A stretch of 64,000 nt of DNA, from NCBI GenBank assembly GCA_027491355.1, contig JAIXWI010000041.1, positions 27,627 to 91,626 on the forward strand, written 5' to 3'. Shown here piece after piece: positions 49,215 to 59,480 of the stretch. Below the pieces are notes generated by a model. It saw nothing but the letters and a program-made list of their open reading frames with translations. It was not told the DNA's origin and did no database searches. The position numbers were made by a program, and so were the translations under genes. Each line of letters opens with the position of its first letter. Position 1 is the stretch's first letter. This stretch comes from Bacteroidota bacterium. GTDB lineage: Bacteria; Bacteroidota; Bacteroidia; UKL13-3.

Positions 49215-50651
49215 ATGACACGAATAACTATTGCAAAAGGAGATGGTATTGGCCCCGAAATAATGGATGCCACATTAGAGGTTTTAAAAGCGGCTGGAGC
49301 TGAATTGGAATATGATGAAATTGAAATTGGGGAAAGTGTTTATTTAGGCGGTAATACTTCAGGCATATCAGACGGGGCCTGGGATATCATAAGACGCAAC
49401 AAAGTTTTTTTAAAAGCGCCCATTACAACTCCTCAGGGTGGTGGTTATAAAAGTTTGAATGTGACCACTCGTAAATTTTTAGGCTTGTATGCCAATGTTA
49501 GACCATGTGTGAGTTTACATCCTTTTGTAAGTACTAAGCATCCAGTAATGGATATCGTAATTGTAAGAGAAAATGAAGAAGATTTGTATGCCGGAATTGA
49601 ACATCAGCAAACGGATGAAGTAGTACAATGCTTAAAACTCATCAGCAGACCTGGTTGTGAAAAAATTGTACGCTATGCTTTTGAATATGCTAAGCAACAA
49701 AACCGTAAAAAAGTTACTTGTTTTACCAAAGACAATATCATGAAACAGACTGATGGCCTATTTCACCAGGTATTTGATGAGATTGCCAAAGAATATCCAG
49801 AAATAGAAAATGAGCATTGGATTGTAGATATCGGAGCAGCTATGTTGGCTGATACACCAGAATGTTTTGATGTGATTGTAATGCCAAATTTGTATGGCGA
49901 TATTTTGAGCGATATAGCAGCACAAATTACGGGTTCAGTAGGTTTAGCAGGTTCAGCCAATATAGGTGAAGAATGTGCAATGTTTGAAGCAATTCATGGT
50001 TCTGCTCCTAGAATAGCTCGTCAGAATATTGCTAACCCTTCAGGATTGTTACACGGTGCACTGATGATGCTCAACCACATTGGGCAATCTGAAATAGCTG
50101 AAAAAGTACACAATGCCTGGTTAAAAACATTAGAAGATGGTATCCATACTTTTGATATTTTTAAAGAGGGTGCCAGCAAACAAAAAGTTGGTACAAAGGA
50201 ATTTGCAAAAGCTGTTATCAATAATTTAGGTAAAACCCCATCGCTGCTAAAGTCAGTTGCTTATGCCAATAATGCTGCAATTCATTTACCTAAATACACA
50301 AGAAAACCATCTTTGCAAAAAGAACTAGTTGGGGTTGATGTTTTTGTTCATTGGTCAGGCAATGATCCAAATGATTTGGCAGAAATTGTAAAAAGAATTG
50401 AATTCAATGGTATTAAATTATCCATGATCACCAACAGAGGAATTAAAGTTTGGCCGAATGGTTTCAAAGAAACATTTTGCACCGACCATTGGCGTTGTAG
50501 GTTCAAATCTGAAAATACCAAGGTGATAGAAAAATCTGATATCATAGAATTACTAGCCAATGCAATTGACGAGAACATTGATACCATAAAAACAGAAAAC
50601 CTATACGCCATAAATGGAAAGGAAGCTTATTCATTAGGTCAAGGACAATAA
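49215..50651 (+). CDS. icd: Isocitrate/isopropylmalate dehydrogenase family enzyme, probably isocitrate dehydrogenase, with a C-terminal extension of about 140 aa
   Basis: ITIAKGDGIGPEIM, NLYGDILSDIAAQITGSVGLAGSANIG family signature. Confidence 0.75.
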   Translation: MTRITIAKGDGIGPEIMDATLEVLKAAGAELEYDEIEIGESVYLGGNTSGISDGAWDIIRRNKVFLKAPITTPQGGGYKSLNVTTRKFLGLYANVRPCVSLHPFVSTKHPVMDIVIVRENEEDLYAGIEHQQTDEVVQCLKLISRPGCEKIVRYAFEYAKQQNRKKVTCFTKDNIMKQTDGLFHQVFDEIAKEYPEIENEHWIVDIGAAMLADTPECFDVIVMPNLYGDILSDIAAQITGSVGLAGSANIGEECAMFEAIHGSAPRIARQNIANPSGLLHGALMMLNHIGQSEIAEKVHNAWLKTLEDGIHTFDIFKEGASKQKVGTKEFAKAVINNLGKTPSLLKSVAYANNAAIHLPKYTRKPSLQKELVGVDVFVHWSGNDPNDLAEIVKRIEFNGIKLSMITNRGIKVWPNGFKETFCTDHWRCRFKSENTKVIEKSDIIELLANAIDENIDTIKTENLYAINGKEAYSLGQGQ

Positions 50652-50813
50652 TCAAAATAGTTTTAGTTGGTCAACTTTCAATCACAACATTGAGCACCCA
50701 AAAGAGCTAACAATATATACTGAGCAGCCTTAAACCTAATTGAAGTAAATAATATTTGACAGTTTGATGACTTACATTAAAAATGCTAACATTCCATACC
50801 TAGTTAAAATAGA

Positions 50814-51053
50814 ATGAACAAAGCAGCACCAGAAAGTATCTATCTGCTCACATTAATAATGATTCTATTTTTTGCTCTTGCCTTTGTTTCTAGCGTTTTA
50901 GCACGCTCTAAATTACTTGCTGATTTGTGTATTTTAGGTGGAGTCATGTTAGCTATAAAAATGTCTGAAACTAAACCAAATTTAAACATCAAGACAAGCT
51001 TGAATGAGATTCATATACCATGTAACGGAATTAAAACCATAAATATTAATTGA
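50814..51053 (+). CDS. Possible small two-TM membrane protein
   Basis: 79-aa ORF in an otherwise empty 450-bp gap, with two hydrophobic stretches. No other support. Confidence 0.3.
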   Translation: MNKAAPESIYLLTLIMILFFALAFVSSVLARSKLLADLCILGGVMLAIKMSETKPNLNIKTSLNEIHIPCNGIKTININ

Positions 51054-51105
51054 TGAACAATGGATTTTAAAAGCAACAAGCAGTGTTTAATAACTAAGGT
51101 TTTTT

Positions 51106-51942
51106 ATGTTTGAAGGTAGAAAATTAGTCATTGCTACCAAACATCTTAAAGAGACAGTCATTGCTCCTATTCTATCTAATGAGTTAGGCGTAAGTTGCGT
51201 TGTTTCATCCAATTTAAATACAGATTTATTGGGTACTTTTACAGGAGAGTTTGACAGAAAATACGACCCCATAAAAACTGCAAGAGAAAAATGCTTACTA
51301 GGGATGGAATTGACCAATACAGATTTAGCTATTGCTAGTGAAGGTTCTTTTGGTCCACATCCAAATTTACAGCTAATTCCTGCCAATGAAGAGTTGTTGA
51401 TTTTCATAGATAAAAAAAACAAGCTAGAAATCATAGCGAGAGAAATCAGTACTGATACCAATTTTAATGGGATGGAAATCAAAACAGAAAACGAATTATC
51501 TGATTTCATTCAAAAGGTAAAATTTCCAACTCATGCGCTGATACTCAAAAAGTCTAAGTATGATTTAACGGATATTTTAAAAGGAGTAACAGATAAGCAG
51601 GTATTGTATCAGTGTTTTAAAAAATATACCCAAGAAAATGGTTCAATTTTTATTGAGACAGACATGAGGGCCATGTACAATCCCACAAGAATGAGCAATA
51701 TTGAAAAGCTAACTCATAAACTGGTCAGTCAAATTCATAATACTTGTCCTGAATGCAAAACACCAGGCTTCTCAGTTTCTGAAGTGGTATTGGGTTTACC
51801 TTGTGAAAATTGCATGTTCCCAACAAATAGTGTTTTGAAACATGTTTACGTTTGTAAAAAATGCATGTTCAAACATGTTCACATGTATCCAAATACTAAA
51901 ACTACTGAAAATCCGATGTTTTGCTTTGTTTGTAATCCTTAG
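51106..51942 (+). CDS. Hypothetical protein with a C-terminal four-CxxC zinc-ribbon region
   Basis: 278 aa. CPEC, CENC, CKKC and CFVC lie within the last 70 aa or so. Confidence 0.6.
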   Translation: MFEGRKLVIATKHLKETVIAPILSNELGVSCVVSSNLNTDLLGTFTGEFDRKYDPIKTAREKCLLGMELTNTDLAIASEGSFGPHPNLQLIPANEELLIFIDKKNKLEIIAREISTDTNFNGMEIKTENELSDFIQKVKFPTHALILKKSKYDLTDILKGVTDKQVLYQCFKKYTQENGSIFIETDMRAMYNPTRMSNIEKLTHKLVSQIHNTCPECKTPGFSVSEVVLGLPCENCMFPTNSVLKHVYVCKKCMFKHVHMYPNTKTTENPMFCFVCNP

Positions 51943-51947
51943 TGAGT

Positions 51948-53294
51948 ATGAAAAAAATTATCATAAAAAATGCCTTTGTAGTGAATGAAGGTACCATTCA
52001 AGAAGTTGATGTTTTAATTGTAAATGAAAGGATTGAAAAAATTGCCCATTTCATTTCTGATTCAAATGCTGAAATTATTGATGCCACTGGTTTGTACCTC
52101 TTACCTGGTGTGATAGATGATCAAGTACATTTTAGAGAGCCAGGTCTTACTCATAAAGGAAACATTGCATCAGAATCGATTGCTGCTGTTGCTGGTGGTA
52201 TTACTTCTTTTATGGAAATGCCCAATACCATTCCCAATACCTTAACACTTGAACAATTAGAAGCCAAATACCTGATTGCATCCAAAACGTCAGTAGCAAA
52301 TTACTCTTTCTTTATGGGTATCAATCAAGAAAACATTGAAGAAGCCCTGAAAGTAAATAACGAAGATGTATGTGGAATTACAGATGATGGACTTTATTTC
52401 AATGATCAACACGGAATATTGGCCAATTATCCTGATTTTTTAGAGTTGTTATTTGCTCGAACTGAAACCTTAGTGGCTTTACACTGTGAAGATGACTCAA
52501 TCATTTATAAGAATTCAGCACACTACAAAACTCAATATGGAGAAGAAATTCCTGTAGAGTTTCACAGCAAAATTCGCAGCGAAGAGGCTTGTTTTGCTGC
52601 TACAAAACGTGTTTTTGATATTGCAAAAAAATACAATAACCGATTGCATTATTTTCATATTTCAACATTGGCAGAAGCCAATCTGTTTGATAACTTAACA
52701 CCCCTAAGAGATAAACGAATTACAGCGGAGGCTTGTATACATCATTTATTTTTTTCAGATAATGATTACACTAAATTAAAAGAGAAGATAAAATGGAATC
52801 CATCTATTAAAACAAAAATGGATAACGATGGATTGTTAAAAGCATTGATTGATCATAAAATTGATATCATCGCAACAGATCATGCTCCTCATACCATGAA
52901 TGAAAAATCAGGTACTTATTTTAAATCATTGTCAGGAGGACCAATGGTGCAACACGCTTTGGTTGCAATGCTTGAATTCTTCCACGATGGAAAAATCAGC
53001 CTCACTGACATAGTTTCAAAAATGAGTCACAATGTAGCTGATATCTATCGCATGAAAGAAAGAGGTTTTATAAGAGAGGGCTATTATGCTGATTTGGTTT
53101 TAGTAAATCTTCAATCAAATTGGGAAGTTACTTCAGACAATATCTTGTACAAATGTAAATGGTCTCCATTTGAAGGTTATGTATTTAGAAGTAAAGTTGT
53201 CAATACATTTGTTAATGGAAATATGGTGTACAACAACGGTATTTTCAATCATATCAAAATGGGTAAACGACTAAAATTCGAGAAAATTAGATAA
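51948..53294 (+). CDS. pyrC: Dihydroorotase (cyclic amidohydrolase superfamily, long Bacteroidota form)
   Basis: GVIDDQVHFREPG and IATDHAPH motifs. ATG at 51948. Confidence 0.8.
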   Translation: MKKIIIKNAFVVNEGTIQEVDVLIVNERIEKIAHFISDSNAEIIDATGLYLLPGVIDDQVHFREPGLTHKGNIASESIAAVAGGITSFMEMPNTIPNTLTLEQLEAKYLIASKTSVANYSFFMGINQENIEEALKVNNEDVCGITDDGLYFNDQHGILANYPDFLELLFARTETLVALHCEDDSIIYKNSAHYKTQYGEEIPVEFHSKIRSEEACFAATKRVFDIAKKYNNRLHYFHISTLAEANLFDNLTPLRDKRITAEACIHHLFFSDNDYTKLKEKIKWNPSIKTKMDNDGLLKALIDHKIDIIATDHAPHTMNEKSGTYFKSLSGGPMVQHALVAMLEFFHDGKISLTDIVSKMSHNVADIYRMKERGFIREGYYADLVLVNLQSNWEVTSDNILYKCKWSPFEGYVFRSKVVNTFVNGNMVYNNGIFNHIKMGKRLKFEKIR

Positions 53295-53315
53295 CATTTT
53301 TTAATAACCTAACAC

Positions 53316-54278
53316 ATGAGTTATAGTCTGTTAATAGACAATTTAACCAATCCAGCCTTGTTATTTTTTGTACTTGGAGTACTAGCTGTTTATTTAAAAA
53401 GTGATTTAGAAATACCAGCTAATTCATCTAAGTTCATTTCTTTGTATTTATTGTTTGCAATAGGATTCAAGGGCGGTCAAGAATTGTCTCATGAAGCTTT
53501 TACTAGTGAAATTGCATGGTCTATTTTATTTGGTATCTCCATTTCATTTTTTATTCCATTGTATACTTTTTTTATTCTCAAAAGAAAACTGAATGTATAC
53601 GATGCAGGAGCTATAGCCGCTGCTTATGGCTCAGTGAGCGCTGTAACTTTTGTTACTGCTGTTTCTTATTTAGAATCACAACAACTTGCACTACATGGGC
53701 ATTTAGTGGCAATAATGGCACTTATGGAATCACCTGCTATTATTATAGGACTTATTTTAATTTCTAAATTTGACACTGAAGGTCAAAGCAGTATTCCTAA
53801 TACCCGTGTGCTTAAACATTCCTTGACCAATGGCTCTGTTATGCTTATACTAGGTAGCTTATTAATTGGTTACATAGCAAATGCCAAACAAGCAGAGGGC
53901 ATTAAACCCTTTACAAATGACATTTTTAAAGGGTTTTTAGCAATTTTTTTATTAGACATGGGAATTACCAGTGGTAAAAAACTAAAAGCATTTTTTTCAT
54001 TTGGTACGTTCCCTTTTATTTTTGCAATACTTGTTCCAATTTTCAACGGCTGCATCATTGCACTTTTAAGTTCATTTGTAACATCGGAAATTTCTGACCG
54101 ATTTATGTTTGCAGTTTTAGCAGCAAGTGCCTCATACATTGCGGTACCTGCAGCAATTAAAATTTCAGTTCCTAAAGCAAATCCTGGTCTTTTTTTACCG
54201 ATGGCTTTGGCAGTTACATTTCCTGTTAACATAACTATTGGAATGCCAATTTATTTTTTAATTGTACAACATACTTAA
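53316..54278 (+). CDS. SbtA-like sodium-dependent bicarbonate transport family permease (DUF897)
   Basis: 10-TM protein. N-terminus NPALLFFVLGVLAVYLKSDLEIP...LYLLFAIGFKGG resembles the family. Confidence 0.65.
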   Translation: MSYSLLIDNLTNPALLFFVLGVLAVYLKSDLEIPANSSKFISLYLLFAIGFKGGQELSHEAFTSEIAWSILFGISISFFIPLYTFFILKRKLNVYDAGAIAAAYGSVSAVTFVTAVSYLESQQLALHGHLVAIMALMESPAIIIGLILISKFDTEGQSSIPNTRVLKHSLTNGSVMLILGSLLIGYIANAKQAEGIKPFTNDIFKGFLAIFLLDMGITSGKKLKAFFSFGTFPFIFAILVPIFNGCIIALLSSFVTSEISDRFMFAVLAASASYIAVPAAIKISVPKANPGLFLPMALAVTFPVNITIGMPIYFLIVQHT

Positions 54279-54570
54279 ATTGTAATGGTATACTTTACAA
54301 ATGCATTCAATTAATAGGGTATTTAATTTTAGAATATTTATACACCTCACTCAATTGAAACCATACATTTTAGATTTGCGTATTGTTTTGTAATGAATGG
54401 TTCAAGTATATTGATATTCAAATGATTCACTTAGAGCGTAACAGGTATTTTGTGTTTTTATGCTTTTTTACAAGCTTTATAAGTGTTTTGACACATTTAA
54501 TATGTATTTTATTGGATGCAATCTAACTCAATTCAAATTGAATAAGCACTCAATACATATTTTTGAGCAA

Positions 54571-56682
54571 ATGAATCGAATGTCGGTTATAAAAATAGTT
54601 GCATGCATTGTATACATGTTTGTTTTTTCTTGCATTGCTATTGCTCAAGTTTCAAAGCAAAGAATTGATACAAGTAGTTCATACACCATTAAGGACATTG
54701 TTATAACAGGAACCAAAACATTTAAAAGAAAGACTGAAACACCTGTCATAGTAAATATTTTGGATAACAAATCACTCAATCAGTTACAAGTTTGTAATTT
54801 ATCTGAAGGATTAAAGTTTCAACCAGGATTGAGGGTTGAAACAGATTGCCAAACTTGTAATTATACCCAATTACGTATGAACGGATTACAAGGAAGTTAT
54901 TCTCAAATCTTAATCAATGGACGCCCTGTTTTTAGCCCACTGATGGGACTTTACGGGATGGAACAAATTCCAGTAAATATGATTGAGCGTATTGAAGTAG
55001 TGAGAGGCGGTGGTTCTTCACTTTATGGCTCAAGTGCCATTGGAGGTACTGTAAACATTATTACTAAACTGCCACAAAAAACTGGTTTTGAATTGAATTC
55101 ATTCTATCAAAACATCAATGGCCAGACAAATGATTTTAATTTTAACGGCAATGCAACTGTTTTAGATAAAAGCGGTAGAAAGGGTATTTCGTTATATGTA
55201 AGCAAACGTGATAGAGATTTTTTTGATGCCAATAATGATCAATTTTCAGAAATTTCTAAAATGGAAAATACCGCTGTTGGGTTCAATACATTTTATAAAA
55301 TAAACGAGTCCCAAAAATTAGAATTGTCATTTTGTAATTTATTAGAAAATAGAATTGGTGGTGAAATGGTTGATAAGCCAGTATACTTGACTCAACAATC
55401 AGAAGAAAGAAAGCATCGTATTTGGATGGGTAATATAGATTATCAAATTAATTTTAATAAAAATAAATCCTCGTTTATTTTATATTCAGCTTTTCAAGAA
55501 ACAAGAAGAAATCATTACACTGGCATTTTTCCTAACGACTCTGATGCCATTCAAAAACACCTAGCTAATCCACCATTTGGATCTACTTATAATTTGACGC
55601 TTCAAGGGGGTTTCCAATTAAACCATCAATTGAATAATTTTTTTAGAACTAAAAATATCCTAACAATTGGAGCTGAAGTATTATCCGATCAGGTTAAGGA
55701 TGCTATTGCTGCATACAGTTATTCTGTTAATCAGTATACCAAAGACATAGGTTTGTTTATTCAGAGTGATTGGGATATCACATCGCAGTTCAACCTATTA
55801 TCTGGTGTGAGGGTTGATAAACACAATTTATTAGAAGATTTGGTGATGAGTCCAAGAGTTGCAGCTTTGTTTAAATTAAACAGAAATACACAATTAAGAA
55901 TGAACTACGGAACAGGTTTCAGGGCTCCGCAAGCTTTTGATACTGATTTACATATTTCATTTGCAAGTGGAGGCGTTTCTAGAGTACAGCTTTTACGGAA
56001 TTTGCAACAAGAACATTCGCAAAGTTTTAGTATTTCATTGAATGCTGATAAAATTTCAGACAATTGGATAGCTGGGTACACATTAGATTTATTTCATACA
56101 GAACTGATGAATGCTTTTGTTTTGGAGCAAATAGGGGAGGATGTTTTTGGTAAAATATTTGAGAAAAGAAATGGTCAATCTGCAATTGTGCAAGGTGTAA
56201 CTTTAGAATTAAGAGCTAATTACAACAGACGAATTCAAATAGAGGCAGGTTTTACTATACAAAAGAGTGAATTTGAGACTCCAGTTGAATACATTAAAGG
56301 AATTGAACCCGTAAAAATGTTTTTGAGAACGCCTAATGACTATGGATTTGCTAATTTAAATGTTGCCATTGGTAAAAGGAATCACTTCAACCTAAACTAT
56401 GTTTATACAGGTGAAATGAAATTGGCACATTTTGCAGGAGCAGACAATGTTTTAACAGATCAAATTACCACTACAAAAGCGTTCTCAGATTTAAGTACAA
56501 AAATTGCCAGAACTTTCAACCCAACTAAGTCTAAATTCAAAATAGATATTTATGGTGGAATTAAGAATGTTTTTAATGCATATCAGATAGACTTTGACAA
56601 AGGTAAAAATAGAGACAGTAACTACATTTATGGACCCAGTTTACCAAGAACATTCTTTATAGGCTTCAAAATAATGTTATAA
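54571..56682 (+). CDS. TonB-dependent outer-membrane receptor
   Basis: Signal peptide from the ATG at 54571. Plug domain (ERIEVVRGGGSSLYGSSAIGGTVNI). C-terminal ...PRTFFIGFKIML ends in an aromatic/aliphatic barrel terminus. Confidence 0.85.
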   Translation: MNRMSVIKIVACIVYMFVFSCIAIAQVSKQRIDTSSSYTIKDIVITGTKTFKRKTETPVIVNILDNKSLNQLQVCNLSEGLKFQPGLRVETDCQTCNYTQLRMNGLQGSYSQILINGRPVFSPLMGLYGMEQIPVNMIERIEVVRGGGSSLYGSSAIGGTVNIITKLPQKTGFELNSFYQNINGQTNDFNFNGNATVLDKSGRKGISLYVSKRDRDFFDANNDQFSEISKMENTAVGFNTFYKINESQKLELSFCNLLENRIGGEMVDKPVYLTQQSEERKHRIWMGNIDYQINFNKNKSSFILYSAFQETRRNHYTGIFPNDSDAIQKHLANPPFGSTYNLTLQGGFQLNHQLNNFFRTKNILTIGAEVLSDQVKDAIAAYSYSVNQYTKDIGLFIQSDWDITSQFNLLSGVRVDKHNLLEDLVMSPRVAALFKLNRNTQLRMNYGTGFRAPQAFDTDLHISFASGGVSRVQLLRNLQQEHSQSFSISLNADKISDNWIAGYTLDLFHTELMNAFVLEQIGEDVFGKIFEKRNGQSAIVQGVTLELRANYNRRIQIEAGFTIQKSEFETPVEYIKGIEPVKMFLRTPNDYGFANLNVAIGKRNHFNLNYVYTGEMKLAHFAGADNVLTDQITTTKAFSDLSTKIARTFNPTKSKFKIDIYGGIKNVFNAYQIDFDKGKNRDSNYIYGPSLPRTFFIGFKIML

Positions 56683-57021
56683 ACTGTTTTATTGTGCATT
56701 GGCATTTTTTCGGTAAACGGTATCCTATAGCCTTCCTTGGTTGATAGATAGGTGAATGATAAAATTTCACACAATCATTGCTAATTTGATTGGCTAATGT
56801 AACATTAGTAGCTGTATGCGCCGATCTCGGTGATGAAGGCTCTCATCTTCTAACGGACTGGGATTAGCTCTGCTGAGCCCTTTTGGGGGGAATACCAAAA
56901 CAATTGAAAGCAAGTTGTTTTACAACTTTAACTTTTTTGTTTCACATTACTTACAAAAGCAAACTTTTGACGCATGTAAAACAAAAAAGCCAACCTAACG
57001 GCTAGCTTTTCAATTGTTTTG

Positions 57022-57106
57022 CGGAGAGAGAGGGATTCGAACCCCCGGACCTGTTACAGTCAACAGTTTTCAAGACTGCCGCAATCGACCACTCTGCCAT
57101 CTCTCC
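57022..57106 (-). tRNA. tRNA-Ser (anticodon UGA), class II with a long variable arm
   Basis: The reverse complement reads GGAGAGA-TG-GCA..TGC-G-GCAGT-CT TGA AA-ACTGT-long arm-GGGGG-TTCGAAT-CCCTC-TCTCTCC-G. All four stems pair. Confidence 0.95.
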
Positions 57107-57193
57107 GCTGCGAAAATAAGCTTAGTAATGTGAATACCAAAAAAAAAAGCGCTTTGGAGTTTCCAAAGCGCTTTTTCTTGTTTGAAGTAGCTG

Positions 57194-59407
57194 TTATTCA
57201 ACAACTATTTTTTTAGAGAATTTTTGTCCTTCAATTGTTAAGCTTATAAAATAGATACCTGAACTGAGTTCGTATTGGCTCTTGCCAATTTCAATTTCTT
57301 GAGTTCCTGCACTTTGTTCTCCACTGTAAAGGGTTACAATTTCTTTTCCTGTAATGTCTATGATACGAATTTCTACCTGTTTGCGATTGCTCAAGAAATA
57401 CCTCAATTTGGTACTGGTAGCGAATGGGTTAGGTTGAACGCTTAATTTCAATTCATCGTTCAATATTTCACCATTTCCGGTTGAAGAACCTAAACGAACA
57501 TTGTCTAAGAAAAAGTTATTTCCACCTTGGTACCTGAAGTCGATTTTGAATTTTACATTTGAATTAGATGGAATACTAGCACCAGAGATCATTACATCTT
57601 TCCATTTAGCTTGGTCTGCAGGGATAAAATTAACAGAGCTAGCCAAAATACTTGTCGCTGTATTTCCAATTGTTGAAATAGATGAAGAACCTACAGTTAG
57701 TCTAGTAGTCCAAGTTTTACCACAATCTGTTGAAACGAATACCTTTATTTCTTCATTGGTACCGCCTCCACCTATTGAAGAAGGCAGTCTACCTTGTGCG
57801 AATGCATAATTGAATGCAAAATAACCATTGCTGATTCCGCTAAAATCAAATGATGGTGAAATCAAAGATGCAGTAGTCCCAACAGTCATTAATTGATTAA
57901 ATGGATCTTTGGGCAACAACATACTGGCATTCTGATTGTATGAAGCAGCTGTTGTACGTTCAAATTTTCTGTTTGGGCTTTCGTATTCAAAAGACCATCC
58001 TTTATCTTGCCAGTTATTTTGGTACCACCAATCAACCGTGTAGAATCCTTTAGGGTTAGCATTATTGGCTTGAATGGTAATGTAATTTGGTTTTGTTAAG
58101 GTATCAGAACCTCCAGGACCATTGACAATTAAAGTTACATCATAGTTGCCAGCAACATCGTATTTAACTGTTGGTCTTTTCGCTGTAGAAGATGATGGAG
58201 TGGCTCCTGGGAATAGCCAATTGTAACTTGTAATGGTATTGTTGTATGAATTATCGTTAAAAGATAAACTGTTTCCTTCACAGGTAATTCTTGCACTCGT
58301 GTTAAAAGCAGCAATAGGCTTACAATTACTTGGAGTGGTTTCAAATACGCCAGTTGCAGCTAAATTTTCAGGAGTCCATAACTGATTTCTATATGTTTCA
58401 AGAACATAATGCATTCTAGCAACTTGTTGCTTGGTAAACATATTGCTTGCGCAATTACCAATAAAATAATCCATGTAATTTTCTTGCATATCAGGCAAGT
58501 CTGGAACTTCTAAGGTACATGAGTTAAATTTTTTGTTGTTGCAACGGTTTCTCAAAGGTTCATTGGAAGTTGCAGAAAATATTGTTGGAGGGGTGTCTAA
58601 AATTTCATCGCCATCAATTTCACAAGTGTCCATTTGAGTTTGGAATGGGTGGTAAAGACCTAACCAGTGACCAACTTCATGTGTACTTGTTGTAACATTT
58701 GGTGTTTGTCCGGCTTGAGAGGTTCCAATGTTTCCAAATTCTTGGTGAATAACCATAATTCCATCGGTTGATGCACCACCACTGAAGCCCATAGGGAATT
58801 GAGCATACCCAGCAACACCTACTGAATTTCCTTTGTTGATTGACCTAACAACCCATATGTTAAAATATCTTTTGGTGTCCCATACACTAATGGGTTTAAG
58901 TTCGTCATTTGCTTTGTTTGCAAGTGGGGTTTGCACCCTAACAATGCCATTTGTGCAATTGCCTTTAGGATCTTTTTTTGCCAATTTGAATTCAATTTCT
59001 GCGTCAGCAGCCAATGCTTTGAAACTGTAAAAAATACCATTGAAAGTATCTTGTCTGCGGTTAATAGAGTCACTGACAAGGTTTCTGAAACTCAAATTTA
59101 AGAAGTCAATTTCACTTTTTATTTGAGCATCGCTGATGTTTTCGGAACCGTTGTCATGCAATACATGAACCACAACAGGTATGATGTATTTTGGGATAGA
59201 ACCTTTTTTGTTCAGGCCTGAACTTGGTTTGTAGGTTTTGAGAAACTCTTTGAAACCAGCATCAAATTTTTTTCTGGCTGCTATTAGTTCAGGATACTTC
59301 TTTGCTTTTTCTGCAAAATCATGGTCAGTTCCGCAAGAATTTTGTGCTTGCAAACTTGATGTTGATCCTAAAATAGCCAAGGATGCAATTAATAATAACT
59401 TCTTCAT
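57194..59407 (-). CDS. M43-family zinc metalloprotease with a PKD-like domain and a T9SS type A C-terminal sorting domain
   Basis: HEVGHWLGLYHPF zincin motif. C-terminal LSVQPNPFATSTKLRYFL...GIYFISLTIEG...KKIVVE. ATG at 59407 gives the signal peptide MKKLLLIASLAILG. Confidence 0.85.
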   Translation of the reverse strand: MKKLLLIASLAILGSTSSLQAQNSCGTDHDFAEKAKKYPELIAARKKFDAGFKEFLKTYKPSSGLNKKGSIPKYIIPVVVHVLHDNGSENISDAQIKSEIDFLNLSFRNLVSDSINRRQDTFNGIFYSFKALAADAEIEFKLAKKDPKGNCTNGIVRVQTPLANKANDELKPISVWDTKRYFNIWVVRSINKGNSVGVAGYAQFPMGFSGGASTDGIMVIHQEFGNIGTSQAGQTPNVTTSTHEVGHWLGLYHPFQTQMDTCEIDGDEILDTPPTIFSATSNEPLRNRCNNKKFNSCTLEVPDLPDMQENYMDYFIGNCASNMFTKQQVARMHYVLETYRNQLWTPENLAATGVFETTPSNCKPIAAFNTSARITCEGNSLSFNDNSYNNTITSYNWLFPGATPSSSTAKRPTVKYDVAGNYDVTLIVNGPGGSDTLTKPNYITIQANNANPKGFYTVDWWYQNNWQDKGWSFEYESPNRKFERTTAASYNQNASMLLPKDPFNQLMTVGTTASLISPSFDFSGISNGYFAFNYAFAQGRLPSSIGGGGTNEEIKVFVSTDCGKTWTTRLTVGSSSISTIGNTATSILASSVNFIPADQAKWKDVMISGASIPSNSNVKFKIDFRYQGGNNFFLDNVRLGSSTGNGEILNDELKLSVQPNPFATSTKLRYFLSNRKQVEIRIIDITGKEIVTLYSGEQSAGTQEIEIGKSQYELSSGIYFISLTIEGQKFSKKIVVE

Positions 59408-59480
59408 AGTTGTTAGTACTCGTTTGGAGGGCAAAATAGTGAATTATTTTTTTAAGTCAACGAATTAAATTCAAAGGTTG

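Noticed and set aside
52090-52150. Dihydroorotase metal motif reads DDQVH instead of the canonical DxHVH
   Set aside because: As far as I recall, the DDQVHFREPG form is the normal sequence of the long Bacteroidota-type dihydroorotases. It is likely a lineage trait rather than an inactivation, and I did not verify this.
56808-56890. GC island as an SRP (4.5S) RNA
   Set aside because: Neither strand has the GGAA tetraloop flanked by the conserved AGCA/GGA symmetric-loop motif.
56683-57193. Integrated mobile element at tRNA-Ser
   Set aside because: There is no integrase, no visible direct repeat of the tRNA 3' end in the window, and the flanking genes are ordinary chromosomal genes.
57019-57216. 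65-aa ORF on the + strand
   Set aside because: It is the antisense read-through of tRNA-Ser ([10 protein letters not shown] is the classic tRNA T-arm translation).
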